Below are positions 14,729-38,700 of a stretch of 64,000 nucleotides of DNA, in pieces (within the stretch, counting starts at the first letter, position 1; every line of letters starts with the position of its first letter). The DNA is taken from contig CM082581.2 of assembly GCA_040954595.2 (NCBI GenBank), positions 7,896,059-7,960,058 on the forward strand, written 5' to 3'. The notes beneath the pieces are model-generated. The model ran no database searches, had not been told where the DNA came from, and saw only the letters and a program-made list of their open reading frames with translations. Source of the DNA: Balanoglossus misakiensis. Lineage: Eukaryota > Animalia > Hemichordata. The position numbers and the translations under genes are program-made.

Positions 14729-17189
14729 ATGGCAAAAGGTAAGCGCTTTAGGTCTTATGCTATATGTGTATGATGAACGTTAAGCCCTCGATTTACTTGG
14801 TATGTTTTGTGGTCGTCTGATCACTCTGACGATAAATGCTCTCTTATTTCAGACTCTATGAAAGTGACTTGCGTTCAACTTATCACGTGTCTGCTGAGCT
14901 GGATACCGCTTATCGCGGCCATGCCTCTCCATCTCAACATGCATCGCGTATGCAGTGAGTACACGGTGCTGGGAAATCGCCTAGCACATCTGAGAAGCGA
15001 GCTTTCCCTACTTGTAGACCAGGTGAGTGGTTTTCATTCAGACGATTCGAAAGTGTTATATACCATAAGCGCTGATTGGATGATAAATGTTACTTAATTA
15101 AATTGCGCGAAATATCATCCAATGACGCCGTGTGTAATACTTGGACAGGGACAACAGCGTGCCAGTCGACAGTTACACATTCAATTATTCAATGTTTCTA
15201 ATGTGAATTTAAAAGATTTGTGGTCGTGTGAGAAATAAAGGTCTTGTCCTTCGTAGTGTGAGATTCTATGATTCAAGTCATTTCGCCGTCTTTCTCGCTC
15301 ATCGTGTAACTTCGAGATGGCAAACCAACTCGAAGAAGAAAACGGAAGCATAACGGTAACATGTGCACGAGATTTTTTTCAGCCAAGACATTAAGACTTT
15401 CTACTTGCAAAACATTACCACTCCAATAAAACGCCCAAATACATGCAACAAGAAATCGATACTCGCGGATGCAGATCAACCAATCAGATGCGTCAACTGC
15501 ACACGATGTTCGTCAACGTGAGATCATTTACAGCGCGTTTCTTCGAAAGACCGAGGAAGACCCTCATTATTCTTTTAAGACTGAAGCAATGCATCGCTTG
15601 GTTTCCCAACAGTTTTAATTTTCGGACCGCTGTATACGAACACAATCGAAAAAAGTCATCTGCCATATAATAATCGTACTCAAGAAATGTGTCAAAATAT
15701 CGATGTCTTCTGGTCAGCGAAAAACGGAACTCGTCAGTTGACAAACGAATAATTAGTTTTCCCTTCAACTAGTTCCGTTTGGAAATGCTTCTGCACGTAC
15801 TAGCCAGTCGTTTTCTCTTAACCAGCTAACTCCGCAACGAAAACCCAAAGTAGGCTACAGTTTTGTGTCGGTCTGCAATCTGCTTTATATGATAACTTTT
15901 CACTATGCACAAGTATGTAAATTAACACTTCTGACCCGGATTCCGTCACCCTTGTTCCAGATTTGCATGACGTAACCCAGACTGTGTCTTCTTATTCCAG
16001 GCACCGAACGGGTGTGTCTTCGACGCGGTTGGCGAGTTTCCGCTGCCGGACCAAGAAAAAGTGCCTTGTGAGGTAAGAGGACATCCTTAAACCTCGGAAA
16101 TAATGCACCAGTTGACGTCAAGAAGATTGCTGCGTGTCATTTTTGAGCGTGGAGCTGCGGGGACGCAGGTTTGATGTGGTTGGGTACTGTAGCGTGTGTA
16201 TACGCTGGCTCCATGACATAAGTTTACGTGGTGTGCCCGCTGGATGACCTCCCACACGCCTACAGTACACGGCTACGTCAAAGCTGTGTCTCTACGGCCA
16301 TGCGGTACAGAGACATACATGTAAACTCGGAGGCTTCCGAGAATGTCCAGACATCTCGCTTCAGCTTTGCGGCACTGTACATCAAATTGTCCTTTATTAA
16401 TGGATATAGCACATGGTCATGGGCAGAACTTTATTCCATATAGCTAAAGAGTTCACAAAACTTGTTTCATCTTCCAGGTCTTTGCCGACAAGGACAGCGA
16501 AGTTGAACATTTGCTGCAGCAAAACGATAACGTGAGGCTCTTCCGTGCAGGGTTAGAAGGAATGAACATCCACGGCCATCTCGGTCACCTGCTACAAAAG
16601 ATCGAAATCAAACTCAAATCTTTATCAACGGTAAGCAGAATCTTCATCTCCCGGTTTTGCTAACTTGGAGGCTGATTTGCAAATGTACATTATAGACTGA
16701 AAACCAAGTTGCGGTTGTTTTCTAATTACATTCTGAATTTCGTTATTTCATTTAAAAAAACATATTTTTTATTCTTCGGTTTCCATTCCAATTTTCCAAT
16801 CTAATACGATTTCAGTGATCTAGTGTATCTACAATATCTGAACGTTGTCGGATCTCACTTTGGTAAACGAAGTTTCATTCAGCTAATTGACTCGGCATAT
16901 TACAAAGCACTCGGAGACTTTTATAGGTAATTAGCGATATTGCGGAGCGAATAAAAGGAACGCGTGGTACAAATCCATCCACCCATTTTGCGAACTCGAG
17001 TTAACGTTATTCTGAATTAAAATCTTTCGCCAGACGCTTGACCACGATGTGACCTTCGATTTTGAAGAGCAAGCAGATGTGACCATTCCGGATGTTGAGA
17101 ATTTCGAGCAACGGTTTCTCTGCCAACTCCAGGATTACGTCACCACCTTCTACCAGCATACCAATAATTGTGTGCGACTTTGTGTGTAG
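14729..17189 (+). CDS. Gene A: secreted long-chain four-helix cytokine-like protein, 186 aa
   Basis: Exons are 14729-14738, 14853-15022, 16001-16072, 16478-16630 and 17034-17189, with intron phases 1,0,0,0. Signal peptide MAKDSMKVTCVQLITCLLSWIPLIAA; helix A LGNRLAHLRSELSLLVDQ; AB loop APNGCVFDAVGEFPLPDQEKVPCE; helix D NFEQRFLCQLQDYVTTFYQHTNNCVRLCV*. The mature region has six Cys. Confidence 0.8.
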
Positions 17190-18130
17190 GCGAAGATCCC
17201 CCATAGTTCTGTTAGAATTTTACACTGCTGCAATTTTGCACATGTCCACTGCCCAGTGGGTATTGTTTCAAAGCAATATTTGTTGTATTTATCTACTTTT
17301 TCGGGAGGGTTGGCTCCACAAACTGATTTTCTCGTTGTTAATGGGGACAGTCCGCTGTCACACAGAGAGAGAGACTATCGAACGAACAAGCTCAAGGCCG
17401 GTCCATTTCACGTGATGATTTGACGCGCCCCGTTTCCCAGAGGAGGAAACATTTTGACCGCATTTCTTCACACTTCCAAGAATCAACAGCGACTACCAAG
17501 AACTTACCGTGACCAACACCTCGCAAATGACTTCACCCTTAACGGGCGATGATTTCCCAGATAAAACCGTGCTTCTGTGTTTTGCACACATTGCGGCGGT
17601 ACGGAAAAGTGCAAGCCGTCCATGTCATTCTTTTTTTGTGTGTGTGTGGGGGGGGGGGGGGCCTACGCGGGTGTTCTTTTGGTCCGGGCGGCGTTTCAGA
17701 CTCCAAGCCTGTGGTGGAGACCGTCAACTTTCCCTGAAGTGTGCTCCGGCTTCCATTCAGGTTAGTGGTCACACAACCAATGGTCACGCGCGGAAGGACA
17801 CACAAGTGTTGGTAAGGCCCGCCTCGCCTCCCGGCGACCGCGTGACGCGACAGCAGTGCGTGTGGTGCCTTGGCACGTTTCGTCTTTCAAAACCATCAAT
17901 AATTCAAGGAACGACACTCCAGTACTTCCGTCTCTTTCAATGGCGACGCCCAGATTTATCATTCGGCGAATTCCGCGCACTGACAAGTACAACAATATTG
18001 CGGACAGCTATATCCCTTACAGTATATGTCTTACACATAGTAGTAAGCAATATTTGCTGCGATCATTTTTGAAACTAATGAATACGACATCATGGTATTC
18101 CGACAAAGTTGAAATTTTGCAGTTTTAGAG

Positions 18131-18160
18131 TATTTATTTAATAGATTTATTTATTTATTT
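18131..18160 (+). promoter_or_regulatory. AU-rich element cluster in the presumed 3'UTR of gene A
   Basis: Overlapping ATTTA and TTATTTATT motifs downstream of the gene A stop. The extent of the UTR is inferred. Confidence 0.45.
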
Positions 18161-18758
18161 TTAAGTTGCCAATAATGTTTAACGTCAGCTTTGTAAGTGC
18201 GTTTGTTTTTAACTTTTGTACTGAAATTTTCCCTTTTGACAGTCAAATATGGTTTGTATTGCATAACTTATTTGATAATTTATTAAATATTTATTTTTGC
18301 ATTTAAATAACGCGTTACTCCAGTCACACTTACTGTCACGTGATACCACAGAAGAAGAGTATATGAGGGGACCAGATGAAACGTGCTGAAGGAGTGAATG
18401 ATCTTCACACAGTTAGTTAAAATATCATTTTATTTTGAATATACACTTATATTACAATTACCATCGTACAACTACGCGTTGGCTTTCTATTCTGCACGGA
18501 AGCGTCAGCCTCTGGAGGCCGGGGGGAACCCTCCCCTATCTCACGCTTTTCTTGCTCGTTTACTGTTAGCAGTAAAACTACAGTGCGTATACAATTTCTT
18601 AGTACATGTAAAAAACAAAAAGACAAAATGTACGTTTTGGCACAAGAACACGTGATAGAAACGTCGTCGAGTTGTACTTTCAGATTTAGTCTCTAATTAT
18701 GATGGACGGAATTCGTGGATAAGAACCCATCACTAAAACCATGTCTGAAAATGGAATT

Positions 18759-28602
<9,844 letters not shown>

Positions 28603-31356
28603 ATTCTATTGAAATATCTGCAAAACATAAATATCATGAACGTGTGTTGTGTTGTTTTGTTTTGTATTGTGTTAGTGTTTTTGTTTGCCGTGTCATTGTG
28701 TATCACAATGATCAATATTTCTCCTGCATTTTATCACAAAATTAAAACATTTCCTGTGGACCGGGGCTTGTTTTCCCTTATTTCCCATTGAAGCCGTAGT
28801 CCATTCAATTATTTATGCGACATAGCCTTCACAATTTGCTATGGCTAATAGGTTAACTCATTCCGGTCGGCAGCAGGTGTTAGCACAGAACACTCAAGTC
28901 ATTGTTGCATACTGCGCACAATCACTGCGCAGCCTTGGCTATTCACAACAGAGAGATTATAGTTGCGCCTAAATTTCTCACCGTGCCCGAATATTTCGCT
29001 GCTGTGTTGGGGTTGCTGTCCTGACCCAAAGAGGTACGGTCAAGATATATTCGTGCGATGCCGTTTGGCTACGTTTTAACGATCCTAATCGATCTACTCT
29101 TGGCATATTTTATGGCCATTGGAATGCAGTAACATAAATCCTTGGAAACTAAAAATGAAAATGAAAGTTAAATTTCAGCAACATATTAACACGACTTAAT
29201 TGTAGGGGGTGGAGAGAGAGAGACGAAGAGACGCAGAGACACAAATTTCCGTGAGTTCTGATCTCTTTCCTTCACACCAGAGTTTGTACACCAGAGTTTG
29301 TACTTTCCAAACTGGATACCGTTGCCACATTAAGATTCAGACAGAGTATTTTGACGTAAACACATGTACACGTACATGCACCTCGAGACATCATTTGCCA
29401 GTACTCAGACCTTTTTGAATGAGACGTCCATTTAGTCTCGTAATGTAAACCTTAAATACAAGGGATCTGTGTTGTCTGTAGTTATTCTACGTTCCTTTTT
29501 TTCCATTATGGAGATAAACCTTAAGGTACATATCGCTGCGTTGATATGGCAACTTAAGGCGAATGCACACAGGCTAGCTCTTTTGTGGCCCAATTCAAGA
29601 GAAAAGAAAGTATTAAAAAAACCGCCGGTATTTATCACGCCATTGCGTTTTTTTTTCTCTCTCTCTCTTTCGTGAAAACTGAGCAGCAAACTCTGTCGGT
29701 TCACGATTGTTTCAAGAACAGGCCCTGCAGTGTGTGCTAAACAACACAGTTTTTATCAATAACGGTGATCGATTGCCTTGAAGAATGTCAATAGGGTCAT
29801 TATGACGACATCGATTGTTCTTTGTTTTAAAAGGAGACGTACCGTTGCGATGTCACCGGCCATCGTTCAGATCGTTCAAGGCCATGCATTCACCGCAGAC
29901 ACAATATCTGAAAACATTTCGCGACAAGAGGACATTCTCCGCATGAGGCAGGGGCTAGTTAAAATCGGAATGATTCTGCGTAATTGGTAAATATAAATAA
30001 TGACCGCTCCCTTCGAAATCCATGACCCCCCCCCCAAAGCCACGTACCCCACTCTCCCTCGCTTTGATGTGTTTGTGGCACAAATCGGTTCCAAGAAGTT
30101 TTTGACGTTGGGCGTACTATCGCCTGTCCGGCTTGGAATGGGGGCTACGTCCTTCGTGCGTCAGCAATGCGGACAACAATGCGGAACTTGCCGCGAAAGT
30201 CCGATGGTACAGTGCCGTGCACCGAAATTTACTTTGAATTCATTCTCCATCTTGTAAAATAAAATTAACCAGTAAAAACTATGGTCAACGAACATAAATA
30301 CATGTTCAAGTTGCCTCCGGTTTATTGCCTTCTGGATCCCTGACATCGAATGTATTTCTTCTATAAACTTCTGCTGGCCGAACTGTGACAAGCTATTCGG
30401 TGGCTGCTGGGATCCAGTTACTGAACACATAATCATTTTAATAATTGATATTGATTGCGTTGCCGCTAACAAGTGGATACATGCTATATGGGGCCTCGAA
30501 TCACAAAAAGCTAGCTCTTTCTTACTAAATTGTGCTTTAGCAGATTCGACTGCGCATGATCTTTCTTCACGGATTACAAATATATGCAGGATTCGCCATC
30601 TTACCTTAAAATTCACATTCTTGCGTAAAAGCTTTCCCCTGTTAAATGTGCCTCGATCGACAGCTGACGCTAATCGGTGGCCTCCGGACTGGTCGCGGCG
30701 AAACCGTTGATGGGCTGGACCGTTTGCGTCACCCGACACTGCACTGGGACTGGCTCGAAGCGTCCTGTGCGCGCGACACGACCAGCGTTACAGTCAATCA
30801 CCCAGTTTCATTTTCTGTTCTCGGTTGCCACCGAACGTAACGCGCAACCGTCTCATCACCAGGGCTACCAAGTCGCAGTCTCTGTCGAGCGCCCTCAGTC
30901 GAGTCAACAAAGTTTCTGAATTGCGTGTCCTTGCTAGAACTATACCACCTGTGTTGTGTTGGAAATATTATGGCGAGGACTAAAGTTCTTTGAAACAAGT
31001 GTGTTGTAAGACCGACCATGGAATAAAACGGAAATACTGCGTAATTCAGAAGTCTCTCTGTCCTCGAGAAAAGAAGACAATGGGACGTGTCCTTGTTCTG
31101 CCGTTGAGAGGCCCCCGGTTATGATTAGAGAATTCGTGCGAGTGTCGCTTTGTTCTCCAGCCCCGGAGTTCACTTTCAAATCACACTGTGCAATTAATAC
31201 AACCCCAACCGAGGTAGCAAACAATGTATAATAAATGCTGTAATTTAAATCTTTATCAAATATAATTGTTAAAATCTAAACAATCATATATTGAAGGAGG
31301 GTAACTTGCGTTCACTGAGTACTGTGATTTAGTTGAGTGGTTTGTGTGTCGAGTTA

Positions 31357-31650
<294 letters not shown>

Positions 31651-32399
31651 CGCCCCTTTCATATGATAATGAATAAATGATCTAATGAAGCAGTCTTTTT
31701 GTTCGCTATTCATTCAATGTCAAGTTACTTCACAGGAAAGAGGAAAAGTCCCCTTCTTTTTGCAGTAGAAGATATTCGTTCCATACATGACAATGGATGA
31801 GTGGCGACCGAGACTGGTATTTTTTATCTAAAAGATCAAAATATAAGCATGCATTTACAGATTACGTCAGCAGCTTTTCAACATGACGTCACACACATAT
31901 GAGAACAGTGGAACACCCCGACTAAGTTAAGTAGTGACTTCATACCCGTACATACAAATGCTGCGCTGATAACCGAAACCAGAAGCCCAGCCCCGAATCC
32001 GAAACTCAGCTTAGTACAAGAAACATGCTCAAAGCTAGCAAATACACGAAAAGTGTTGAGAATCTTCATAAAGACAAAAATCACCAAGCGACTGGTGGGC
32101 TAGTCTAATATCACTTCTCGGCCCGTCTGCGAAGTCCTGCGCATATCAGACTCGGGGATGATGTCACTATCGATACCCCCCTCTGCCTCGTCGGAGACAT
32201 CCGCGAAGGCTTCCTTCTATTGGTGATGGTAAGATGGCCAGATGCCACCCAGTCACACGATTAATATAATTGCTGAAGGGGTTTTCCAAGGCTTGTAGTG
32301 GCTATTCTATGGTAATTTTTCGAGTAAAATAATTCTGGTGAGCGGTTCATAGTCATATTCTAAAAATAGAACGGGGCTTTGCCAGCTCGAGAGGGGGTG

Positions 32400-32430
32400 G
32401 GGATTTACCGGCAACGAAATGACATAAAAA
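32400..32430 (+). promoter_or_regulatory. Gene B proximal promoter: kB-like site plus TATA-like box
   Basis: GGGATTTACC at 32400-32409 and CATAAAAA at 32423-32430; a further GGGGTTTTCC lies at about 32278. Confidence 0.5.
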
Positions 32431-32605
32431 CCTTCGCGACAGAACGACAGAGTCACACTTGCGATCAGAACCGACTTTAATAAGCTTCACTAATCACTTC
32501 GGAACCGCACAGGACCTTGTTTTTTTAAGCCGAATCCACGGGAGCAGATAATATAACCCGCAGCCGAATCTCTTCATTTGACCGAAAAGAGCAGAAGCGG
32601 AAACA

Positions 32606-34583
32606 ATGACTATCTTGAGACTGAACTGCTTCATAACCGAGAAGAAAAGACTTGAAATGCTTTCGAAGAAGGCAGCGGTTTTAGTGGAAAACATAAGGAT
32701 AACGAAAACGGCATTTGTAAGTACCCGTATGAGTTGAACATCTGCCTGTGAGTGACCGTTAACGTTTGTGAACTGTAACTCGCAGTCGTGCTGTAAACCT
32801 GCCCTGCATACAGGTCTCTGTGTTAACACACTGACCTGCCACGCTTAACTAGCTGTAACCCCCGGGGCTGTAACCCTTCATTTTTGTCGAGCTTAGCACA
32901 GTCACGTGATTGTGCGGACCGTTATTGAGAGCGTTATTGTTATGTACATGTAATGCGGAAATTATAAAAAGCCAGGGTCGTTTTTGACCCTTTGAAAACC
33001 ACATAAGGGCAATGAAAGCGTAGGCGGACTTGTGATTTTGGCCAGTGAAAATCCCCGTATGCACGTGATCGTTAGAGGCTCCGATGGATGACGGTATTTC
33101 TATATTTAGACAGGGGCATGCCCATATACATACGTCACATGCAGCGTTGTACAAACGCTCAGTGCTCACGGCTTGATCCCTTATCAGAAATCATGTGCAC
33201 ATTGTCCAAGGTTAAAATCACGATGTACAAATTAATGTCGGGTATCATGTTCACTAAGTGTTGTGCTCTGGTTACAGATGAACGAGAGTGACGTCACAGA
33301 TGACAGTATAGAAGAGTGTCCCGAGGGAGACCAGCTTCCCCATCCACCGACGGGCCGAACGATCCGAGACAGATCTGAGGTAAGGTGCTTCGCACACAGG
33401 AACACCGACTAGATAGGCTAGAGATTCGGGGGAGAGGGGGGGGGGGGCTACAGTATAAGGCAAATTTCTATTGCACAACAATGAGGTGAACGGTGAAGAA
33501 AGCTGGGAAACCGACTTGAACAGCACAGCAAAGCTATGTCATACATTCATTCATCATGCTGTACCGTCGTAACCGAACGGTTGTCATGGAAACGGGCTTT
33601 AAAACGAGGCGGTCTGAGCTTCAGTTACACTATGAACCGACACAATTCAATTCAGAAGCAACTGACAGCTTTGTGAAATGCTTGAATATTAATTTTTTGA
33701 TCATTGAATTTCAAAAGTGTTTTAATTTTTGAATTATAATTCGTAAGCTTTCCCTTTTTAATCACAGGCAGAAAAACTTCTAATTCAGTACCGTAGAGAT
33801 TTGTTGGTGTACAGGAAATGGCTCAAGGCGCTGAAACAACAATTTAAGCGGGAAAAGAGGCGGGATGAGGCGCAGTTGATGAAATCTTTGAAGCTGCACA
33901 CGAAGCGGATGAACGGGGCCATAATGGACGTGGTAAGTTAATTTTCATTTTCCTTTGTAAAGGATATGCTATCAGTACATGTAAAATGATCACGCGGAAG
34001 TCTTTCCGTGAATTGGCACTGTGCCAACCTCTGCTCTCAAACTCAACAGCGCGACAAACGCGTCTTGTTTGGATGACATCCACCAAAATTCAATAAACAG
34101 CAGGGAATTCTGAGTAAATGGGTTTCCTGTAAAAAAAACTTAGCTATGATCTCATATCATAATAATATAATAATTATCTCATATGATTTGATAAATTTTG
34201 CCGTTGCTAACTATGGTCACTAGTCACGTGTTGGTACCTGATCAAATAAATTTCTCTTCCATTTTCGCTACGAATTGGGTCAAACTATCATTATATAGAG
34301 CCGCTACTGGTTTCGCATTTAACGAATGGCTTTATTTCAAACACCGTCGCGTATATCATCATGGCAACATTATTCATCGGTGTTAAACATTGCTCCTTGC
34401 TTTCCACAGCTCCGGAACGACACCACCGCACACCTTAAGAGGCGGGAAAACCCGACCGATATCCCCGCAGAAATCGACGATAACCAGACGATGTGTTTCC
34501 TTGAGAAATTCTACCTGTACCAGGTGTCCTGCAAGCAGAAGATAGACTACATCGTCGAAAACATCGACTTTCAAGATCCCTGA
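32606..34583 (+). CDS. Gene B: four-helix cytokine-like protein, 183 aa, no signal peptide found
   Basis: Exons are 32606-32716, 33278-33379, 33768-33932 and 34410-34583, all with phase-0 introns, and an in-frame TGA lies upstream of the ATG. Helix B/C reads AEKLLIQYRRDLLVYRKWLKALKQQF (compare IL-11 LTRLRADLLSYLRHVQWL). Helix D, DDNQTMCFLEKFYLYQVSCKQKIDY, is homologous to gene C. Confidence 0.75.
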
Positions 34584-35706
34584 GAGAGACACCGCCGCCG
34601 ATTGGGCAATGCAGCTGTTGTTATAGCAACGGTACTTGGAGACTGAATCGCGTTTTCGTGGTTGAATTGAAAACCTGCCGAGAATACTTGAACGTTCGGT
34701 TGACTACTGCGCTCACGTCACCGCAACATCAAGAGTTTCATTTTTATGGTGATTCAAGCTGCCAAAAAAGACAATGGGTGATTTGGATGTTAATAAAAGA
34801 CACCTTAATTACGCCATTTTAGTGACATATTTATGATATTTTTCGATAAAGATATGGAGGTTATCTGCATATCCGTGTCAGCTTTGATCGTAACAAATAA
34901 CTTATTTATTCAAGAGTTTTACAGTCAATATATCATAAAAATGGCGTTCTATGTGCTATATTTGACGCCTGTATCAAAATTTGACTCATGCACTGCCATG
35001 TATGATGTAGTTATAAAGTCATTGTGTTTTGCTTGATTTATTTTTGTATTAAGAGCTTGTATATGTCAATGTACTTATGCGATATTTTACTTGGGGTATT
35101 GCATTCAGAAATCACTATTAAAGTATATCTTTTGCTATACACGTTTGTCTTAAGGAGTCCATTAGAATTAACGCACAGTTCCAAGACAATACACAGTCAG
35201 CGATCAATAACAAAATCTTCAGAGAAATGGAGCTTACGCAACGCCGAGACCTGGCCATGCATACACAATACGTTACCAACGTCCATTGTATTCAGAGCCG
35301 TAACGCATTAAAGACAGCCTAATGAGGAGCGACTCGTTGTCACGATGTCACGTCGACGAGCGAGGTTGTTTACTCGGCCGTAGGCTTGTGTTACCTGGGC
35401 AAGGACGCACAGGGACCTGCTTGCCAAACGTGTCACGCGTCCCGAAAGGTAAAAATGTTCCCGTGAAACAGGAGAGAAGTTGTGGTTAGGCTTTTGGTCG
35501 AAATCCGTGACGGCGTACGTGTGCATGTTTGCCTGGCACAACACGATTCATCCGCTGAAGGCCCCAGTCCATTGCAGTGCGTACAGTTAGCATTGACAAA
35601 CCACATTGAAACACCCGGATTGTTTCCCCTATATCGGTCTGCTCATTATTCTGAACGTCGAGAGCTTTCATTTCAAGACAACGTTCATGGGGTAAAACCG
35701 AACACT

Positions 35707-38700
35707 ATGTCGGAGAATTCTGCCGTAACGCGAGAATTTGAACAAGGCCGCAGACCAACCTTACTGCACGCACTGTCGGCCAGCTCTCGCGACCTGTACG
35801 CTTACTACCGAGGGGAAGACCCCGCTGATCTGACCGCTACCGCCGAGGGAAGTGGGTATCGGTCGGTTGGCCCGCTGCTGCCTGGACAAGTCGGTGCTTC
35901 GCTGGCAGACAGTGATGACGGGATATCGCGGCAGCATCGCTTGCCACCAGACCTGCAAAACCGGCCGAAACGCCACCGTTCTCCTATCCGTGAAAGACCA
36001 GTGACGACCGATGCCCACCTGGTGCACCATAAGGCGAGTGTAGACCTCGAAAAGCTGGGGCGACGCAAAAAGAAGAAACGCCGGGCCAGAACCATAACTG
36101 ATATCCCACCAATCAGAAGTTACTCTGATGAAAGTAAAGGTGGCGTGCTTGCTCATACAGACTCGTCACATTCGAAACAAACAGGCAAGTTATTTTTCTC
36201 AAATCAATAGACTTGACATTTGATAAAGGATTATAACAATGTGATCCTCCCTGCAAGGTTTTATTTGTCATGAACGGAAAAGGACAACAGTGAGAATTCA
36301 GTGCTTCTATTCACCATCACTCAGAACGTCCTCATGACATTGTGATTTTAATCACGGTCACTCCACACAGTGACTGCGTGTGTTTATGTATGCGCTCGAT
36401 GTCCATATTACTACTGTAACACTACTTATTGTTCAATCTGTAACGTCTACTATACACACACCGTCTCAGGTAACAACGATTCAGAAGGGACCCTGAGACG
36501 CCAGAAAATATCCCTCGGAAAATCCGGAGACTCTGCATCGCAGGTGGGGTGGCTTCCGGGACAGTCGACGCGGTTTCCAGGCCAACCGGTCAAAGAAGAG
36601 CAGGACGCCGCAACCGATTTGTCTCGTGATAATGGGGACGGCGACAGTGACAAGATTGGCCAATCATCGCCGATGGAGGCGTTCGTTAAAACAGGTGTAC
36701 ATGCCTTAGACAAACTTAACACGGGTGAGGATAGAAACGAAGGTTCGACTCCGCCTTCGAAAAATGACCCCCAAACAGGAGACGAAGTGATGGGCAAACT
36801 GAAGGGAGAGATCATCAGAGGCAGCAGTGATGATGGTAAGATACGTGTACTTACTTCCCCAACAGCATACTATACGCGAGTCACGTGGTACCTTTGTTCT
36901 TAAACGAACATTTGCCATAGTTTAGACCAACCATCTGTACCGTGATTCAAGTTCTCCGATGAAAACTACATGTCTTTGGGACTACGTATGATATGAATAT
37001 AGATTTACTCAGCTCCGATTCAGATGGACCACATTTTGCTTTATGTTACATAGGTGAGGAAGGAGAGGGGAGCAAGTATGACCCGCAGCCAACCCTGATG
37101 GCGCTAGAATCTGTGTTACCCAGCAGACTAGAAGAAACGTCATCAGAAAATCCTCGCACTGATGACCCTCAGGCTAGAAAAGAAATGGGCGAAATGGAAA
37201 CCCTGGTTGAATTTACGTCCAAAATTCGAACAGACGACGGAAAGACGGCTCTTCACCTGGCGTCCATGCACGGGGATCCGAATTTCGTCCAACGACTTCT
37301 CAGATTCGGCTCTGACGTCAATATGAAATGCATCTTGGGAAGGACACCACTTGATTACGCTATTCTCTCTGACAAGGACTCCAGTGCTGATGTCGTCGAC
37401 GTTCTACTTAATGCAGGTACAATTGTATATTTTAACCTTTTCCGACCTTAAACTAATGCACCTGGGGATTCAATTAAAAGCGTGCGGCTGATTTTGGAAA
37501 AATAAAAAATATCAGTTATTACATATTATTTTATTAAAAATATTTCCACTGTCTAAACAAATCACCGTAATGGCTCATTGATCCGCGTTTGCAGGTGCTA
37601 TTACTAATTCCCAGGACAACGAAGGAAACACTTGCTTGCACCACGCCGTTTCCAGTGGCAACGACGGGGTGCTCACTAGGCTTCTTCAGAGCGACGTGGA
37701 CGTTTCGATTACCAACGATGTCGACGAGACGGCCGTAGAGGTGGCCGTGAAAAGCGAACGGGGCAAAGCTTTTAGAACTTTCAAATTACTCCTGGAGTAT
37801 GTCGGCGACGAGTTTGACCTGAATGCGAGCAGCAGAGATGGCTGCACGCTTCTGCACTCCGCCGCCGGTGTCGGTAACATCGACGTGATGGAGTTATTGC
37901 TGAGAAACGGCGCCGATCCCACCGTTCCCGGGGGCAAGTGGAAAGAGTCGCCGGTGCAGACGTTGTATCATAAATTGTTGGTTAACATGGCTCAGGTATG
38001 CGATTTTATTACTTATCGATGAACTGACGTACGTGACAAGTGTAAACTCTCAATCTTTCATACACCTAACCTTCGTTTAACGATGCTTTGATACTAATTT
38101 TTGCCGTGTATGGGAATGCTTCTTTAACTTGCTTGCAATTTTACGTGTATTATTCGATCTTCTCATGATTGAAGGATGACATTTCCGGTGACATTGAGAC
38201 GGCTTGCAAGTTGTGTAACCATGAACTGATTGCTGCATCCCCTCGGCCAGTGTACACAGCCTTGCACTACAGCACCATATTGCGGAAGATATCCTATGTA
38301 AAACAGGTTCGTAGGAATTTCACCGTCCCATTGATTGGGCGACACAAGTGCTTTATTGCATCAGCAATGTCTGCATTGCCACAGTGCTAATGCTCGTTTT
38401 AAACATACCTTGTTAAATATAAATGTTTTTGTAAACAATAGTTTGCCTCGATGTCATATTGAGAGTAACATTTCGATTGTAAATGTTCGAATTTTAACTG
38501 GAATCGGAAACTCGATGTCGATGCGACCAGACTTTGAGTCATTGCTGCAACACCAGTCAAGATACGTCATGGCTCGAATATCGACCAATCAGTGTATATT
38601 TTCAGGACTCGAGTGAACAGTATCAAAATCTTGCCAGCGACATGGAAGATTTAGCGATCGATATGCTTCAGCAGATCACGAATCGGAACCACGCCTTAAA

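Noticed and set aside
17509-18072. 187-aa ORF downstream of gene A
   Set aside because: It has a non-ATG start, a poly-G run and no motifs; it is most likely the 3'UTR of gene A.
29700-30740. 192-aa ORF or possible transposon remnant
   Set aside because: No transposase or RT motifs, terminal repeats or recognisable domain.
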